Positions 26,062 to 38,940 of a stretch of DNA of 64,000 nt are shown here, piece by piece. The notes under the pieces are model-generated. The model made no database searches. It was given only the letters and a program-made list of their open reading frames with translations, and was not told where the DNA came from. This stretch comes from Octopus vulgaris. Its lineage: Eukaryota. Location: NCBI GenBank assembly GCA_951406725.2, contig OX597818.1, positions 11,346,001 through 11,410,000 on the forward strand, written 5' to 3'. Position numbers and translations under genes: made by a program. Every line of letters starts with the position of its first letter. Position 1 is the first letter of the stretch.

Positions 26062-26158
26062 AATTCAACAGCTGTTTCTGGGAGCTAGGTGGTCCAAAAT
26101 AATGATGATAAATTGATTCCATTGTCAGATGATATAAGCTTCCATCTTCAGGGAAGAA
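26062..26158 (-). ncRNA. Hammerhead-like motif with long loop 2 (degenerate stem I)
   Basis: - strand CUGAAGA UGGAAGCU..50 nt..AGCUCCCA GAAA CAGCUG UU; stem II pairs 7/8, stem III is palindromic, stem I is poor. Confidence 0.55.
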
Positions 26159-26255
26159 ATCTTACATTTGAGATGTTAACAGAAAGGAGATTAAAGATGG
26201 AATATGTATATACATATATATGTGTGTACACACACACGCACACACACACTCATAT

Positions 26256-26318
<63 letters not shown>

Positions 26319-26468
26319 CAAACACACACTCACACACATATATGTACATATATACATATATATACAGAGATAAATATATATATATATAAGAATAGAAAAC
26401 TGTGGGACACAAGTGGAATTTCAGGTGCAATGAACTCTCATCCTTACATTCATGTGTGTGTGTGTATG

Positions 26469-26517
<49 letters not shown>

Positions 26518-27040
26518 ATATATATACACACACACATTTATATATGCATACATATGTATATATGTGTGTATATACTAGTATATACATATGTATGTTTTCG
26601 TGTGTGTGTGTTCTAGTATATATACATATATTTATACATAATCATTTCTAATTGTAATTGTCATATTAAACAGATCGCTGGCAGGGAAGAAGGCCTTTAG
26701 CTATGATAATTACATATACCTAGCAAGGAAGTGTTCTATCAATGTACTAACATGACAGTTGTTTTGATGTACTGACATCACACTTCATTACCAACAACCA
26801 TCATTTCAAGATGCTGTTGCCATACTAATGTTGCTAATAAAATATGAGCAACAGTATATATGTGTGTGTGTGTGTAATACATTGTAACCTACAGTGCATT
26901 CAGTTCTAACTTTCACTATGTAGTCAATAATGCAATAATGGAACTTAGTTTACATTGTCTCATACATATACATACATATTTAGAGATATAGATGTATGTG
27001 TTTGAGATACATTGTATATTTATATACTCTGTGATATATA

Positions 27041-27095
<55 letters not shown>

Positions 27096-27785
27096 TCTCC
27101 TACCTCAAGTAACCGCAAGGAAGATGTATATCATAACACTGCACTAGGAATCTCTGTCCCCCCATTAGTTTTTTTGCTAGCTCTCCGTGTCATGCTGTTT
27201 CTGCCAATGACACCAGTGCCACTGATTGGTCTTTGCCCTCTTTTAGAGTACAGAAGACTTCAAAATATAATGTGTGTGTGTATGTGTGCATGCATGTATA
27301 TATATATATATATATATATGTGTGTAAAGCATAATTATATGATTAAGAAAAGAATTAGCAGACATGTGATACTTGTTGTGCTTGTGCTACAATGGTGTAC
27401 TGCTGATGTTCATTAGCCAATTTCATAATGAGAAAGCTCCAAGAACATTTCTTAGATAAGACTATCTTACTGTAACCTCCACTGACCACGAGAAGGCAAA
27501 CTTGACCAAATACCACACTATGTAGTCTATTTGTTGTTTTAAAAAATTGGACATTGATGAGTGGCATGAAATAGTCATGCAAGCCATGTACCAGTATATT
27601 GTAATGAGTCCAACAAGGGGTTTAACATGCAGTATATGCCCATCAGAGCTCAGTTCTAAGCACCCACATATTTATCATAGTTTTCCAAGGTATAATACTG
27701 GAGTTTAATAAGCCTTGTTGTTTATGGGTTTTGTACATTAATAATTTAGTTCTCATAGCTGAATCTGTAAAAGATTTAAGACAAG

Positions 27786-28014
27786 CTTCATTTTTATATT
27801 TGGTTTGCAAGATTCTTTATGTGAATTCATTTGTAAAAACAAATTTTGTTGTGCCTTAGGAAAGTCATTATGCCAATATTAAGAACACACGCACTGGTTC
27901 AATTCCACTCCTTGACTGATTGTAAAGGAGTTGAATTGAACCAGTGCATAGTGGAACTGAAGCAGTGCATGTGTTATTAATATTGGCATAATGACTCTCC
28001 CAAGGCACAAGAAA
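27786..28014. mobile_element. Hairpin insertion flanked by a 12-bp target-site duplication
   Basis: ATTTAAGACAAG at 27774-27785 and 28015-28026; inverted arms 27841-27913 / 27925-28018, with a 21-bp tandem duplication in the right arm. Confidence 0.85.
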
Positions 28015-28222
28015 ATTTAAGACAAGAAATTTTAAATAAGGAGGCATATCCCAGAAGGAAGAGACTTCAAAGAAGACAGGACTTTATTGCTACTGGGGAG
28101 GTGTTCGTGTTTAATATGCAGAAAAGAACCAGATATGAACTCTGTTCTTTATAGAAAATGTAAATATGATGATTGACAGAGAATGAAGATCTGTATGTAA
28201 CTGATACACAGAAGTTATTATA

Positions 28223-28429
28223 CAGAGTGCTGCAGAAATACCTCCCACATTTTAAACATTCACCTATGTGTTGCTAATGAACTTATGCAAGTGCCAATGA
28301 TATTTTCATTTAGCTAATGAACAAAAACTGTAACCCTTTTTTTAAACAACAGTAAAATTAATTTTTCGTAAATGTTGTTTCTTTTTCCTTTAGTCAACCT
28401 TTCAAATGTGGGTTTTCTGCTGCACCCTG
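28223..28429. mobile_element. Tc1/mariner-type MITE nested in the RTE
   Basis: TA|CAGAGTGCTGCAGAAA..CCCACATTT ... AAATGTGGG.TTTCTGCTGCACCCTG|TA. Confidence 0.85.
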
Positions 28430-29020
28430 TAGTAAGAGCAACTAGAAAATACGATTCTTTCAAAGAACCAAATGGTTTCCCCATAAGTACGTCAGGGTGT
28501 TCTGAAGACTTGGAAGCTAGAGTAAGAAAAGGGCTGTAAAAAAGTTCTGGGAGCTAGTACCTTTCCTAGTAACAAGGAGATTCTCTCTCTGAATGGAGAG
28601 GTGGATTTTATGATGATTCTTGTGTATGAAATGTGACATTACATGGTAGCAAAATATTGGCTCTTAATGCAGACAATGTGTAACGGCAAGAGAAAATAAG
28701 GCAAGCATACCCTACTGGATGTGTAATGATCAAATGAGCTGAAAGATAAATGGTACATGAGTGGAAGCAGATTTAGTGTGTGAAAGATATTTCACTGGTA
28801 CAGGCATGTGATGCATATGGAAGCACAATACTCAAGTGCAAAAAATGTCAAGAGATGAATGTGGAAAGAACTTAAAGAGGAGGAAAACTGAGGAAGACAC
28901 TGGAGGATGTTGTGAAAATTCGCTGAACCTCAGAAAGTAGATAGCAAATGGCAAGGCATTGTGCTAAAGAAGACACATCCAACCCATGCAATCATGGAAA
29001 ATCAAATGTAAAATGACATA

Positions 29021-29598
29021 TATGAGGATAAGCCTTTCAGTAACTGCAGTTTGTTTATAATTATTTTTCTTGATGGAATATTTCTTGCCTACATATCACT
29101 AAATAGTGTCTCACTCTAATCACTATGGCATACGTATGACCTCCATATTTCAATTAGGAAAATCAGTAATCCCTTTTCTGTGGGCAGCAGGTGCATCAAT
29201 AGTTAAAATCCATAGAAGGCTTTCTGTACAGTATGGAAACAGCTTTATGCTGCATGTCTATGTATAGTTTGCAAAATGGCTGCATAAGAAACTATTTGGT
29301 CGCATATATCAAGAAGGAACAGGATACTTGATCCCTTCCTATTCTGATGACAGCATTAAAAGAGTCCAAGATATGATTCCGTTCAACAGACAGGTAATTA
29401 TAGATGAGATGTCAAAAATTATACAAGTTAATCATGGTTCTGCCTATCAAACCGTCCACAACAGAGTTGGCCATAGTTAATGCATTGCAGCAACTAGAAG
29501 GAGACCACATTTAGTGATACACATGCTACTAATCTTTCTACCTTAAAAGAATAAAAAGAAAAGTGCATTGCGAATAATTACTGGTCCATTTTTGTTAC
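29021..29598 (+). mobile_element. Internally deleted, decayed mariner
   Basis: SVIPFLWAAG..IHRRLSVQYG..SIKRVQDMI..NRQVIIDEM..IQVNHGSAYQTVHNRVG is a mariner N-terminal HTH region; weak TIR remnants at both ends. Confidence 0.75.
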
Positions 29599-30388
29599 AT
29601 GCATACACCCGCATGAATATTGTTGCTTTTACTCTCTTGCATTTATTATAACCATGCTATGCTTAAAATATTGGTTCTTCTTCAGTCACCATATTTAAGC
29701 AGTGCTTTGTCTAGTAAGTACCTAGATGGATGACTGCTTGAAATTTTTGAGTACTATAAGTGCCTTTATAGAATAAAGAATTTGTCAATGTTGCTGTGAT
29801 TATGATGATAGCAGCAAGCTGATGGAACTATTAGCATGCCAGACAAAATGTTAGCAGAATTTTACCTGCTTTTATTTTCCTGAGGACTACTCTGCCTTTC
29901 ATCTTTATGGGGTCGATCAAATAAGGACCAATTGAGCTCTGGAGTCAATCTAATCAACATGTCTTGTGCTATATTAGAAAGGATGATTATTAGTATTAAG
30001 ACAACAAGCTGGCAGAATCATTACCTTCCAAGTGGACAAATGGCATTTCATCAATCTTTACATTCTGAGTTCGTATTCTTCTGAGGTTGACTTTGCCTTT
30101 CATTCTTTTAGGGTTGATAAAATAAGTATCAGTTTAGTACTGGGATTGATGTTATCACCTTACCCCTCCCCAAAATTGCTGGCTTTATACCAAATTGTGA
30201 AACCATTATTATTGCTACTACTTCTACTGCTGCTTATTTTTTCCTGACATATCAATAACAGTTATGTATGGTGGTGTAATATTTTTTTTTACAATTTGGA
30301 CATCACAGTCTTTCCTGAGATTGAAGTATATGTGTATATATATGTATATGTATATATGTATGTATGTATATATATATAGTCCATTCTA

Positions 30389-30440
30389 GCAAAAACTGTC
30401 CGATGAACGGCAACGGGAAACTCAGAGTAACAGGTTTTGT
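30389..30440 (+). ncRNA. Minimal hammerhead ribozyme motif (U4C variant) in a short insert between (TA)n arrays
   Basis: GCAAAAACUGU CCGAUGA ACG GCAA CGG GAAA CUC A GAG UA^ ACAGGUUUUGU; stem I pairs 10/11, GCAA-capped mini stem II, palindromic stem III. Confidence 0.75.
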
Positions 30441-30464
30441 TGAATTTTCTGCTGCTTTAAATAA

Positions 30465-30512
<48 letters not shown>

Positions 30513-32195
30513 AACAAGCTTGTATGCATGCTACACTGAACAGAACCACTGTTCAGAGATAATCCATGTTTATCTGGCAGTAATTAACTTATATACTTAT
30601 CTATATTGCATGACTATGGCTAAGAAGTTTGGTTCACAAGCACAAGCTTTTGAATTTTTATCCCAATGTGTGGCACCTTAGGCAGATGTCTTCTACTACA
30701 GTGTCAAGTTGACCAATACTTTGTGAGTGAAATTTAGTAAAAGAAAAACTGAACTAAAGCCTATTATATATACACAGGTTTGCATGTGTGTATGTGTGTT
30801 TGCACGTCTGCACCAATAGGGCAGTGGTGTTTGTTTTTTTCTCTATAAATTATGTCCCACAGCTTGGCAGTTCAACACACGAAAGCTGATAGTATAAAAC
30901 ACTTAACTTGGAAATAAAGGTTGATGTTAGGAGAGGCATCCAGCTATAGAATAGTTACTCTAAGAAGCCGCATCCAGCCCAGGCCATCATGGGAAAAGTG
31001 TATATAAAAATGCTGATGGAAATGATAATTGTATACATATTTATATATACATTTTGGTTCATCTACCTTTCTATCTATTTGCTTATCTAACTCTCTGTTT
31101 ACATACTTATCTATTTATATATCTATATATACACAGATACATGTGTGTATGTATGTGTGTGTATATATGTGTGTGTGTGTGTATGTAGGTATGTATGTGT
31201 GTGTGTGTGTTATATATATATATATATATATATATTCTTCTGCATTTCTAATTTAATTTATGCTGTATATTTAACTTATTTTTACTAGTTTTTGCTTAGC
31301 TTTTATGTATGACCTGATTAATATCTTTTGATATCCAACATTGATATTCATACTTATATTGAAAACATTTCTCACCATCCCATTCCTGTATTCCAATCCG
31401 TATTTCATTAGTATTATCACCAAAATATTGAAATTACGTCGAAGAAATTCCCCAAACAAAATTTTTGAATTATTTTGCCCTCTTTTTCATTGTTTGTTTT
31501 TCATTGGAATGTTTGGTTTGCCTTTTTGTCGTTTATGTTTTTTGCTTATTTTTCACTAGATTTTAAATAATTAACTTGAGTGTATATTTGAATTGAATTT
31601 TTTTTTATATATATATATTACTTAATCCTATTTATTCATATTCTTTTACTTGTTTCAGTCATTGGGGTACCATCTTCAAAGGTTTAAAATTATTATATTG
31701 ATTTTAGTATTATTCTTTTACTTCTTTATCAAACTTGTATGATGGTGTGGCAAAGTTGACCTGGAGATAAAGGGACAGAACTGGGATTGAACAAATAATA
31801 CTGCTAGATAGTTTTACTCAATGCACCAATTCTGCAATCTGACAGCAATATATGTCAATGAATATATACAGATGCATATACACACATGCACGCACACACA
31901 CACTCAGAGCTTTTAATCAATTTCCATTGTTCAAATTTCTGTCGCTTGGCTTTGGTCTACCTAGTTATTGTAGAAAACACTTGCCTTAAATACTAGGCAG
32001 TGGAATTAACCCAGAGTTATAGGATCACAAAACGACATCTTTAACATCATGCTATATTTATATCTCTTTTCACTATAAACACTGAAATTTTTTTTTTGTC
32101 TGATCTGCTTTTTTTTTTTTAAATTCAAGTCTGCATATCCTGTTGTTTTCAAGTCTGTATATATCTGTTGTTTTTTCTATCATAACCTTACTTAG

Positions 32196-32263
32196 TTCTC
32201 ATTGATATGATACAGGATTCCGATTTAAGTGAAGATGATATACATTACCATCGAATTGATAAG
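32196..32263 (+). CDS. Candidate 68-nt internal exon (xLIDMIQDSDLSEDDIHYHRIDK), host gene unidentified
   Basis: Pyrimidine tract + CTTAG acceptor, AAG|GTAAAA donor, open frame (phase 1 to 0), CpGs retained in a CpG-poor, non-repetitive context. Confidence 0.5.
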
Positions 32264-32609
32264 GTAAAACATTTTTAAACAAATAAGAATAACTAAAGAA
32301 TATTCAAATAAACCTCAACATTTTGGCCAAATCTTCAACTAACCTGATTTGTTTGTGAATGTCAGAAAAATCCCTTACAACATCTCCTCACTTGTAACTG
32401 TGTATGTATGAATATGGATGTATATGTTTTACTAGTTTCAGTCTTTGGACTGCAGCCATGTTGTAGCGAATGGTGTAAAGTTTCAGCTCCAGATATGTAA
32501 ATAAGTTGTTATATGCAATAAGTAATTTCTCATTTCATTTATAAATCCAAATGTCTATGCATGTTTTAACTCATACAAGAACTATATCAGACACTCACTT
32601 TCTCTCCTC

Positions 32610-33090
32610 CCTTCTCTCTCCATCATGCCTTCCTTGATCTCCTCCTTCCACTACTTCCATCCACTTCTTATACAGCTGTTGGCATCCTTATTCATCACAT
32701 TACCATACCACTGCAGCCTTCTTTCTTGACCATACCACTGCAGCCTTCTCTCTTGACCATACTACTGCAGTCTTCTCTCTTGACCATACCACTGCAGTTT
32801 TCTTTCTTGCGCACCACATCTGATTCTTTTTATGCCCAATTTTCCTGGCACCATATCTGCATTTTGTCCTACATGTGCACTGATGTAGCACACCCATCAG
32901 AAAATACTTGCTTCATTTATTTCTAGTGTTCACATATCTTCTGCATTCAGAACCTAAGTCTACCTACAATGTAGCATTGCTGTTTGTACACAAGCATGCA
33001 ATCTACATTTCATTCTGAGGGAGAGATTTTTTGTTACCAATTAAGGTAATAACTCCCTGATATTTTCTATCTTTTTCTTATTCTAGCAAC
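32610..33090 (-). mobile_element. Decayed RTE LINE fragment with 4x 27-bp tandem amplification
   Basis: - strand LSLRMKCRL..ACVQTAMLH..(QERRLQWYG)x4 NVM; the repeat lies at about 32702-32809. Confidence 0.8.
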
Positions 33091-36000
33091 TATATATATA
33101 GACACTGATATAATCCTTGTATAAGTAAAAGCATGTTCTCAGTTGTTATAGTTACTCACATTGTATCTTGAGCAATATAAATTGTAAATTAAATGTCTAA
33201 ATGTATGAGATGAGTTACTTTTAACAAAATTATAATTTTCTAATCTATGAATTTCAATCATTAGAGAAGAAAGTTATAATACTTACATCTGCATAACATT
33301 CCAATCATTTTGATCTTAAATCATTATTAGGTGTCTTGTTCTTTGATGTGTTCATAGTACCAGACTAGATTCAAATTAGTAATATTTTGTCTAAACTAAA
33401 ATTATTAAATTTTAACTACTAAATGTGTAGCAGTATTTTACACATATCAGTGGACTATTAGATAAAGGTATTATTAGTCTCAACTAATATAGAGTCTGAG
33501 TTCAAATCCAATCTGATATTATGTTTACACATCTAGAAACAAGACATCTGATGCAGAATGAGATCTCAACAATTAAAACATAGTATAGATATGTTAAAAC
33601 ATTTTTCATCGCTAAAGATGGGATTACTAGTTTGAACATCTATAACTTTATTTGCAAAAGTTTGTGTTTAGTTGACATTACTCTGAGTGTTTGCATGCAA
33701 AATTTGTAATCTTATATCAGATACTACATCAGGATTAAAATATACATTTACGCATATGTAATAATCACTAAACCACTTTTTCTCACCCTCCAGTTGTGTG
33801 TGGAGAGGGTGGGGGTGATGTAACTCTGATATGTTCTCAAACAAAACACCTTTTGATCAAATAAATATATCATCACCATCACCCTTTAACGTCTGATTTC
33901 TATGCTAGCATGGGTTGGACAGTTTGACCAAAGCTGGACAACTGATCAGGTTCCAGTCTGATTTGGCTTGGTTTCTACAGTTGGGTGCTCTTCCTAATGC
34001 CAACCACTTTACAGTGTGTGCTGGGCGCTTTCACGTGACACCAGCATGGGTTCCTTTTATGTGGTACCAGGCACAGGAATCTTGCCGGCCAATCATCTTC
34101 ACCAGGGTATGTCATCTTAACACTTCTGCTGTGGAGGATGGGTCTTTAAATTATGTGACAAGAGTAAGTTCAATACTTGCTCACAAATGATTTGATCAAC
34201 ATAGGAATTGTATCCTTCTTTTGCTAAGATGATAGGTTGAGATTTAGAAAATTAAGTTTCCCACCACCAAACACAAATTGATCAGCTGCCTAGAAATCTG
34301 CTGTTCCAAGTGTTTTGTCATGTATTTTATATGAGAGTAAGTCTCCAATTGAATGCCAATACAGCAATTTATTCTTAGATAAAAAAAAAAAAGAAACAGC
34401 TGATTTTTAATTAATGATTAATGAGAAATTATGAATACAATAGTTAAGCTGGCAAAATTCTAGCCCTCTTTCTTTTTTATTGCAGCTTTTATTATTTGTT
34501 TATCAATTAATTAGTTCTAGTTAAATTTTGTGGAAATGTTCCACAAAAATATTGAAATAAAGCTACTTTTCCTTCCTTGACTTCAGGAGTTATTCAATGT
34601 TTTAGAAGTTGAAGAGGGTCAGTCGGTTGGTTGGTTGGTTAGTTAGGTGGGTAGTTAGTCTGTTAACATGGGGTCAGTAGAATGGGTGGGGCATCTTATA
34701 TAATATCTAGTTATTATTTTTCATTTTTATACCTCATTTTTCCTTTGCCCCCTTTTTCCTATTGCGTTTTTATTTAATTTATTGTTATAGATTTCTTTTT
34801 TGATTAACATTTTAATTTCTTCTGAAGAAAAACACTGAATTTTCATCTGTTTTTGCTTGGTTTGCACAGAAATATTGATCCAATACACAAGGGAGAGTGA
34901 TGTATGCATGTGCTTGTGAGAGAACATGGGCATATCTGTATATGTGATCACTGTTGCTGTCTAACTCTTGATCAGTAGTTTACCTGGCTTTTTTTTTTTT
35001 TTTGTCTTAGATATATTTTATCTAGATAATGCTGGGAAGGGAAATGGGATGAAATGGTTAGGTCATGGGCTGAAGAATAAAATAATCACTGGGTGAGAAG
35101 AATAATAGAAATGAATGTGGAAGAATGTTGGAGAAAGATAACACAGAGAAAGACATGACTAAAGGTAATGGAAGAGAAAATGAGGGAAAGGGATTTAATG
35201 ATGAGAGATGTAAGGGATAGGACAAAATGGAGAAGATATCCAAGGTTCCCCTGAAAGCTAGCATTTGTTTTGGCTGGAAAAATGGTCTTAAACTTTGTTG
35301 CTTTTATTTGCTCTGGGATATAATTATATGTTTGGGATATATTTATTTGATATTCTTAGCAGGTCATGTCAGAACATTAAACTTCTCTTTCTGGCTAAAA
35401 TATTATTGTTGCTGTTGTTTATTCCCCAGGTTAACTCTCATATAGTAGACCTGTTGTAAAGGCAACACAGCTGTGACCATCTTGTTATTTTAAGAGTATC
35501 TAGGAGTACAATACCTAATGCACCTGTGATTTGAAGGAGGCTCTTTGAACTATATTTGTAGCAGGTCAAGCAACTATTCAGAAACTTCATGTATGTGTAA
35601 TTCTGTCTCTATATAGGTATATGAATAGGTGTACAGATAAGTCAGTTAAAAATAAAATGGAACAGTGGAGGAGCAGAAGCAAAAAAGGGGAAATAGAGGA
35701 ACATATATTGTTAAGATGGTCAGGTGCTTGCACTTTACCTTTGCTGCCCTCAGAATAATGGAGAAGTGTTTTCTTTTAAAAAAGAAAAGCCCCTTTCATC
35801 ATCCATCCTGTAAAAGGAATACTCCAATAAATTACTGCAGCATGGCATGGCATGAATAAATATCTATACATTGTGTGTGTGTATATATACACACATACAT
35901 GTATGTATGTGTGTATGCATAGTACATTGTGTTGGATGTGTCTATATGTGTATGATAAAAATCCTGTAAGCATGAAACTTAGTGGCAGTGCTGGTGGGGA

Positions 36001-36694
36001 TGATGATGGTCTTGACAATGGTTATGATCATGATGATCATGAAAAAGGTAAATATCTAGTTGTCATTGAATTCTGGCTCATACCTGATCTAACAAAGCTA
36101 TGATCAAATGCATTTTTGCTATGGTCTTCCTGCTCCATATTTTGTTTTCCCTCTTTTTTTTTTTTTGTTTTGTTCCACATATTGTATTTGTTACTTGCTT
36201 TTCCAATGTTTCATTTATTTTTCAAGATGGCAGAGTGTAATTTCAAAGAAATGTATTTACTCTCTTTAGCTGATCAAGCAACTCTTATTGGGTCATGAAC
36301 GAGCTATACTTTTTCAAGTACAAATTAATCTCAAATCAAATTAAAATAAACCTGAAGTAAATTAAAATTGTCATGAAGCAAATTAAAATAAACTCAAAAT
36401 ATTTTAAATCTGTTCTCTAATTAAATAGTTCCATCAAAACACATTTCTGTTGCCTTTATCTAATGAGTAATAAATTAAAGTTTAAATTTGTCTTGCAAAA
36501 CGTCTTAAACATGTATCAAAAAATCTTTCTTGAGTTCACTGGAATCATCTGTTTTGGAATTGTTATTCTAACTCTGAAAGCAATTGGCTTCAGTGAAATC
36601 ATTCTTTCATCGATGACTTCTTATAAATAGTTTGTGGGGACACTATCCATATATCAAGAGTAAATGTTCTTATTCTTCAATATTAATTGTCAGT

Positions 36695-36918
36695 AAGGTG
36701 ATAAGCTGCCCGAATCATTAGCATGCTGGAGACGATGCTTGGTGACATTTTGACCGTCTTTATGTTCTGAGTTCAAATTCCAGTGAGGTCTGAGGTCACA
36801 TTTATCTTTCATCCTTTTGGGATTGATAAAGTAAGTACCAGTTGATCACTAGAGTTGTTGTAATCGACTTAGCCCTTCTCCTAAAATTGCTAGGCTTGTG
36901 CTAAAATTTGAAACCAGT
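36695..36918 (+). mobile_element. SINE family B nested in the TIR element
   Basis: AAGGTGATAAGCTG..GAGTTCAAATTCC..CTTTCATCCTTTTGGGATTGATAAAGTAAGTACCAG..AAAATTTGAAACC. Confidence 0.85.
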
Positions 36919-37059
36919 ATTAATTGTGAGTATTCACAGGGCCTATAAGATGAGGATTAGCCGTACATCAGTCCTGGGCCCATGATTATTTGCTATGTCA
37001 TTCTCTAAAGTCAAAATCTTCACAGCCTACTTGAATTTTATTTAAGTAGACCTCCCACT

Positions 37060-37164
37060 TTCCTATACCCACAGAGCACATTATCAAATTTCTCTCTGAT
37101 ACTCTGAGTATTCCTATACACACAGAGCACATTATCAAATTTCTCTCTGATACTCTGAGTATTC
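37060..37164. repeat. Near-perfect 51-bp tandem duplication
   Basis: TTCCTATAC(C/A)CACAGAGCACATTATCAAATTTCTCTCTGATACTCTGAGTA twice. Confidence 0.95.
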
Positions 37165-38835
37165 ATTTTAACCATGCCTCGACCATTTCCAGAGTTCCAG
37201 AGTGATACATGAACTCTGTACATTCAGTTACATGCTGTTATTTTCTTAATAGTGTGTGCCGCAGTAATGGATCCCCAATCTTCTCATTCAGCAGTAGGTG
37301 GTACAATATATTAAAGTCTCAAGTGCATATTTCTTGTGTATTCCAACAACCCTTTTGCTTCTCTTTTTGACACCCTATGAAATATCAGTTCTCATAACTT
37401 AAAATAAGTCATCATTACTTTGAGATTGACTTTTGTTATTCATATGTAAATGTGACATTGTAAGTCTGATGACGATATGGATTGAAATTTAAAAGGAATC
37501 AGCATAAGTGCAAACAATTCAAATAGATATCTGCTATGTTTTATCTAAATATCTACTATTCAATTTGCTCCTAGATTGTTTTAATTTGCTCTGAGATTAT
37601 TTTAATTTGCCCTGGGATTATTTTGATTTGCTTTGAGGTCATTATAATTTGCTTCAAATATATATTGATTTGCTTTGAGATTATTTTAATTTGTTCTTAA
37701 ATAGGTGTAGTATTTGCTATAGAGTGATAAAACAGAATGCAGATTTTATGTATTTTCAATTGCTTTGTTCAAGCGTCTTTATACTTTTGCGATTAGCTAA
37801 AGCAAAAAGGAAAATAATTAACAACTGTTTAATGATATATACAGTGTCAGTGCTGTATACAGCAGTGAACCAAACCTTCTTATGAAATTTATTTACATCT
37901 AGTGAACTGAGCCAGTGAGAGTTAACAGTCTTGTCCACATACTTTGTATATAACCTGTAAAATTAATATCAACCTTCAATCCTTCAGCTAATTTCCTACC
38001 AGGTTATCAATTCTGACAGCAGTAAATTCAGTAGAAATCCACATGTGCTTGCACATGCATATATGCATGTGTGTGTAGTTGTATATATGTGCACCTTTGT
38101 GCATGTACATATATCTGTATATGTGAGTGTGTGTGTGTGTGTGCACACATGCTGAAACAGACACTCACACACATATGTAAACATATATATATATATATAT
38201 ACTCTGTGTGTGTTTTTATATACACACACACAAACATTTGATTTGATATGACCAAACCCATAAAAATAAATGCTTTAACGATATACTCTAATAGAATTAA
38301 ACATTCCTATATTTACCAAAATTTATTTCTATTCTCTATTTAACATTAGATGAAAGATATCAAAAACTAATTGTCTGTTTGCATTAATTAACCATGCACC
38401 ATTTGATGAGTTTGGGGTTTTTTTGCTGTTTTATTGTATTTAATTCCTTATTTTTTTCTTTGTGAGTAACCCCTGCAGCTTCTTTTATGCCTCCTCCTAC
38501 TTTCGATTCTTTTTTCTCTCTTTTTCCTTCTAAATCTTTTTCATTCCTATTGTGTCTACTTCTTCCACTTTCTTTCACATTGTTTCTTCCTTTTCTTATA
38601 GTTATTTTCTCTCTTTTTTGCTTTATCTTTTTCTTCTCTTTTCTTATTCTGTCTTTCCCTTTCTTATTCAATCTTTTCCCTTCATTTTCCTTCCTCTTCT
38701 TACTACTGCTACTATTATTGCCACTACAACTACTAATATTTTTATTTTTTATTTATTTTTTTCCTTAAATTTTTTCCATATCTATTTTCAAATAACAATA
38801 GTAACACAGACACAATTCAATAGAAAAACAAAATG

Positions 38836-38867
38836 CATTATTATTATTATTATCATTATCATTATTA

Positions 38868-38926
<59 letters not shown>

Positions 38927-38940
38927 GTTGTTGTTGTTAC
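38836..38940. repeat. (ATT)n microsatellite within a long pyrimidine-rich low-complexity tract
   Basis: Direct reading; a similar array lies at 46330-46442. Confidence 0.95.

Larger units (their letters stand above)
27575..29015 (+). mobile_element. Decayed RTE-clade LINE 3' part, interrupted twice
   Basis: HQSSVLS..LYINNLVLIAES (RT QG/YADD-like), CSCLICRK..NS, HWYRHVMHM, RGGKLRKTLEDVV, and tail CCAACCCATGC..ATGGAAAA. Confidence 0.8.
36304..37710. mobile_element. Old TIR element with inverted subterminal 21-bp tandem arrays (CACTA/foldback-like)
   Basis: Left CTATACTTTTTCAAGTACAAATT matches the reverse complement of right AATTTGTTCTTAAATAGGTGTAG. Arrays of CAAATTAAAATAATCTCAAAG-like units at 36320-36400 are inverted at 37560-37697. 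Confidence 0.65.

Noticed and set aside
37465-37492. CTGATGA..GAAAT motif
   Set aside because: No stem I or III pairing; expected by chance in AT-rich DNA
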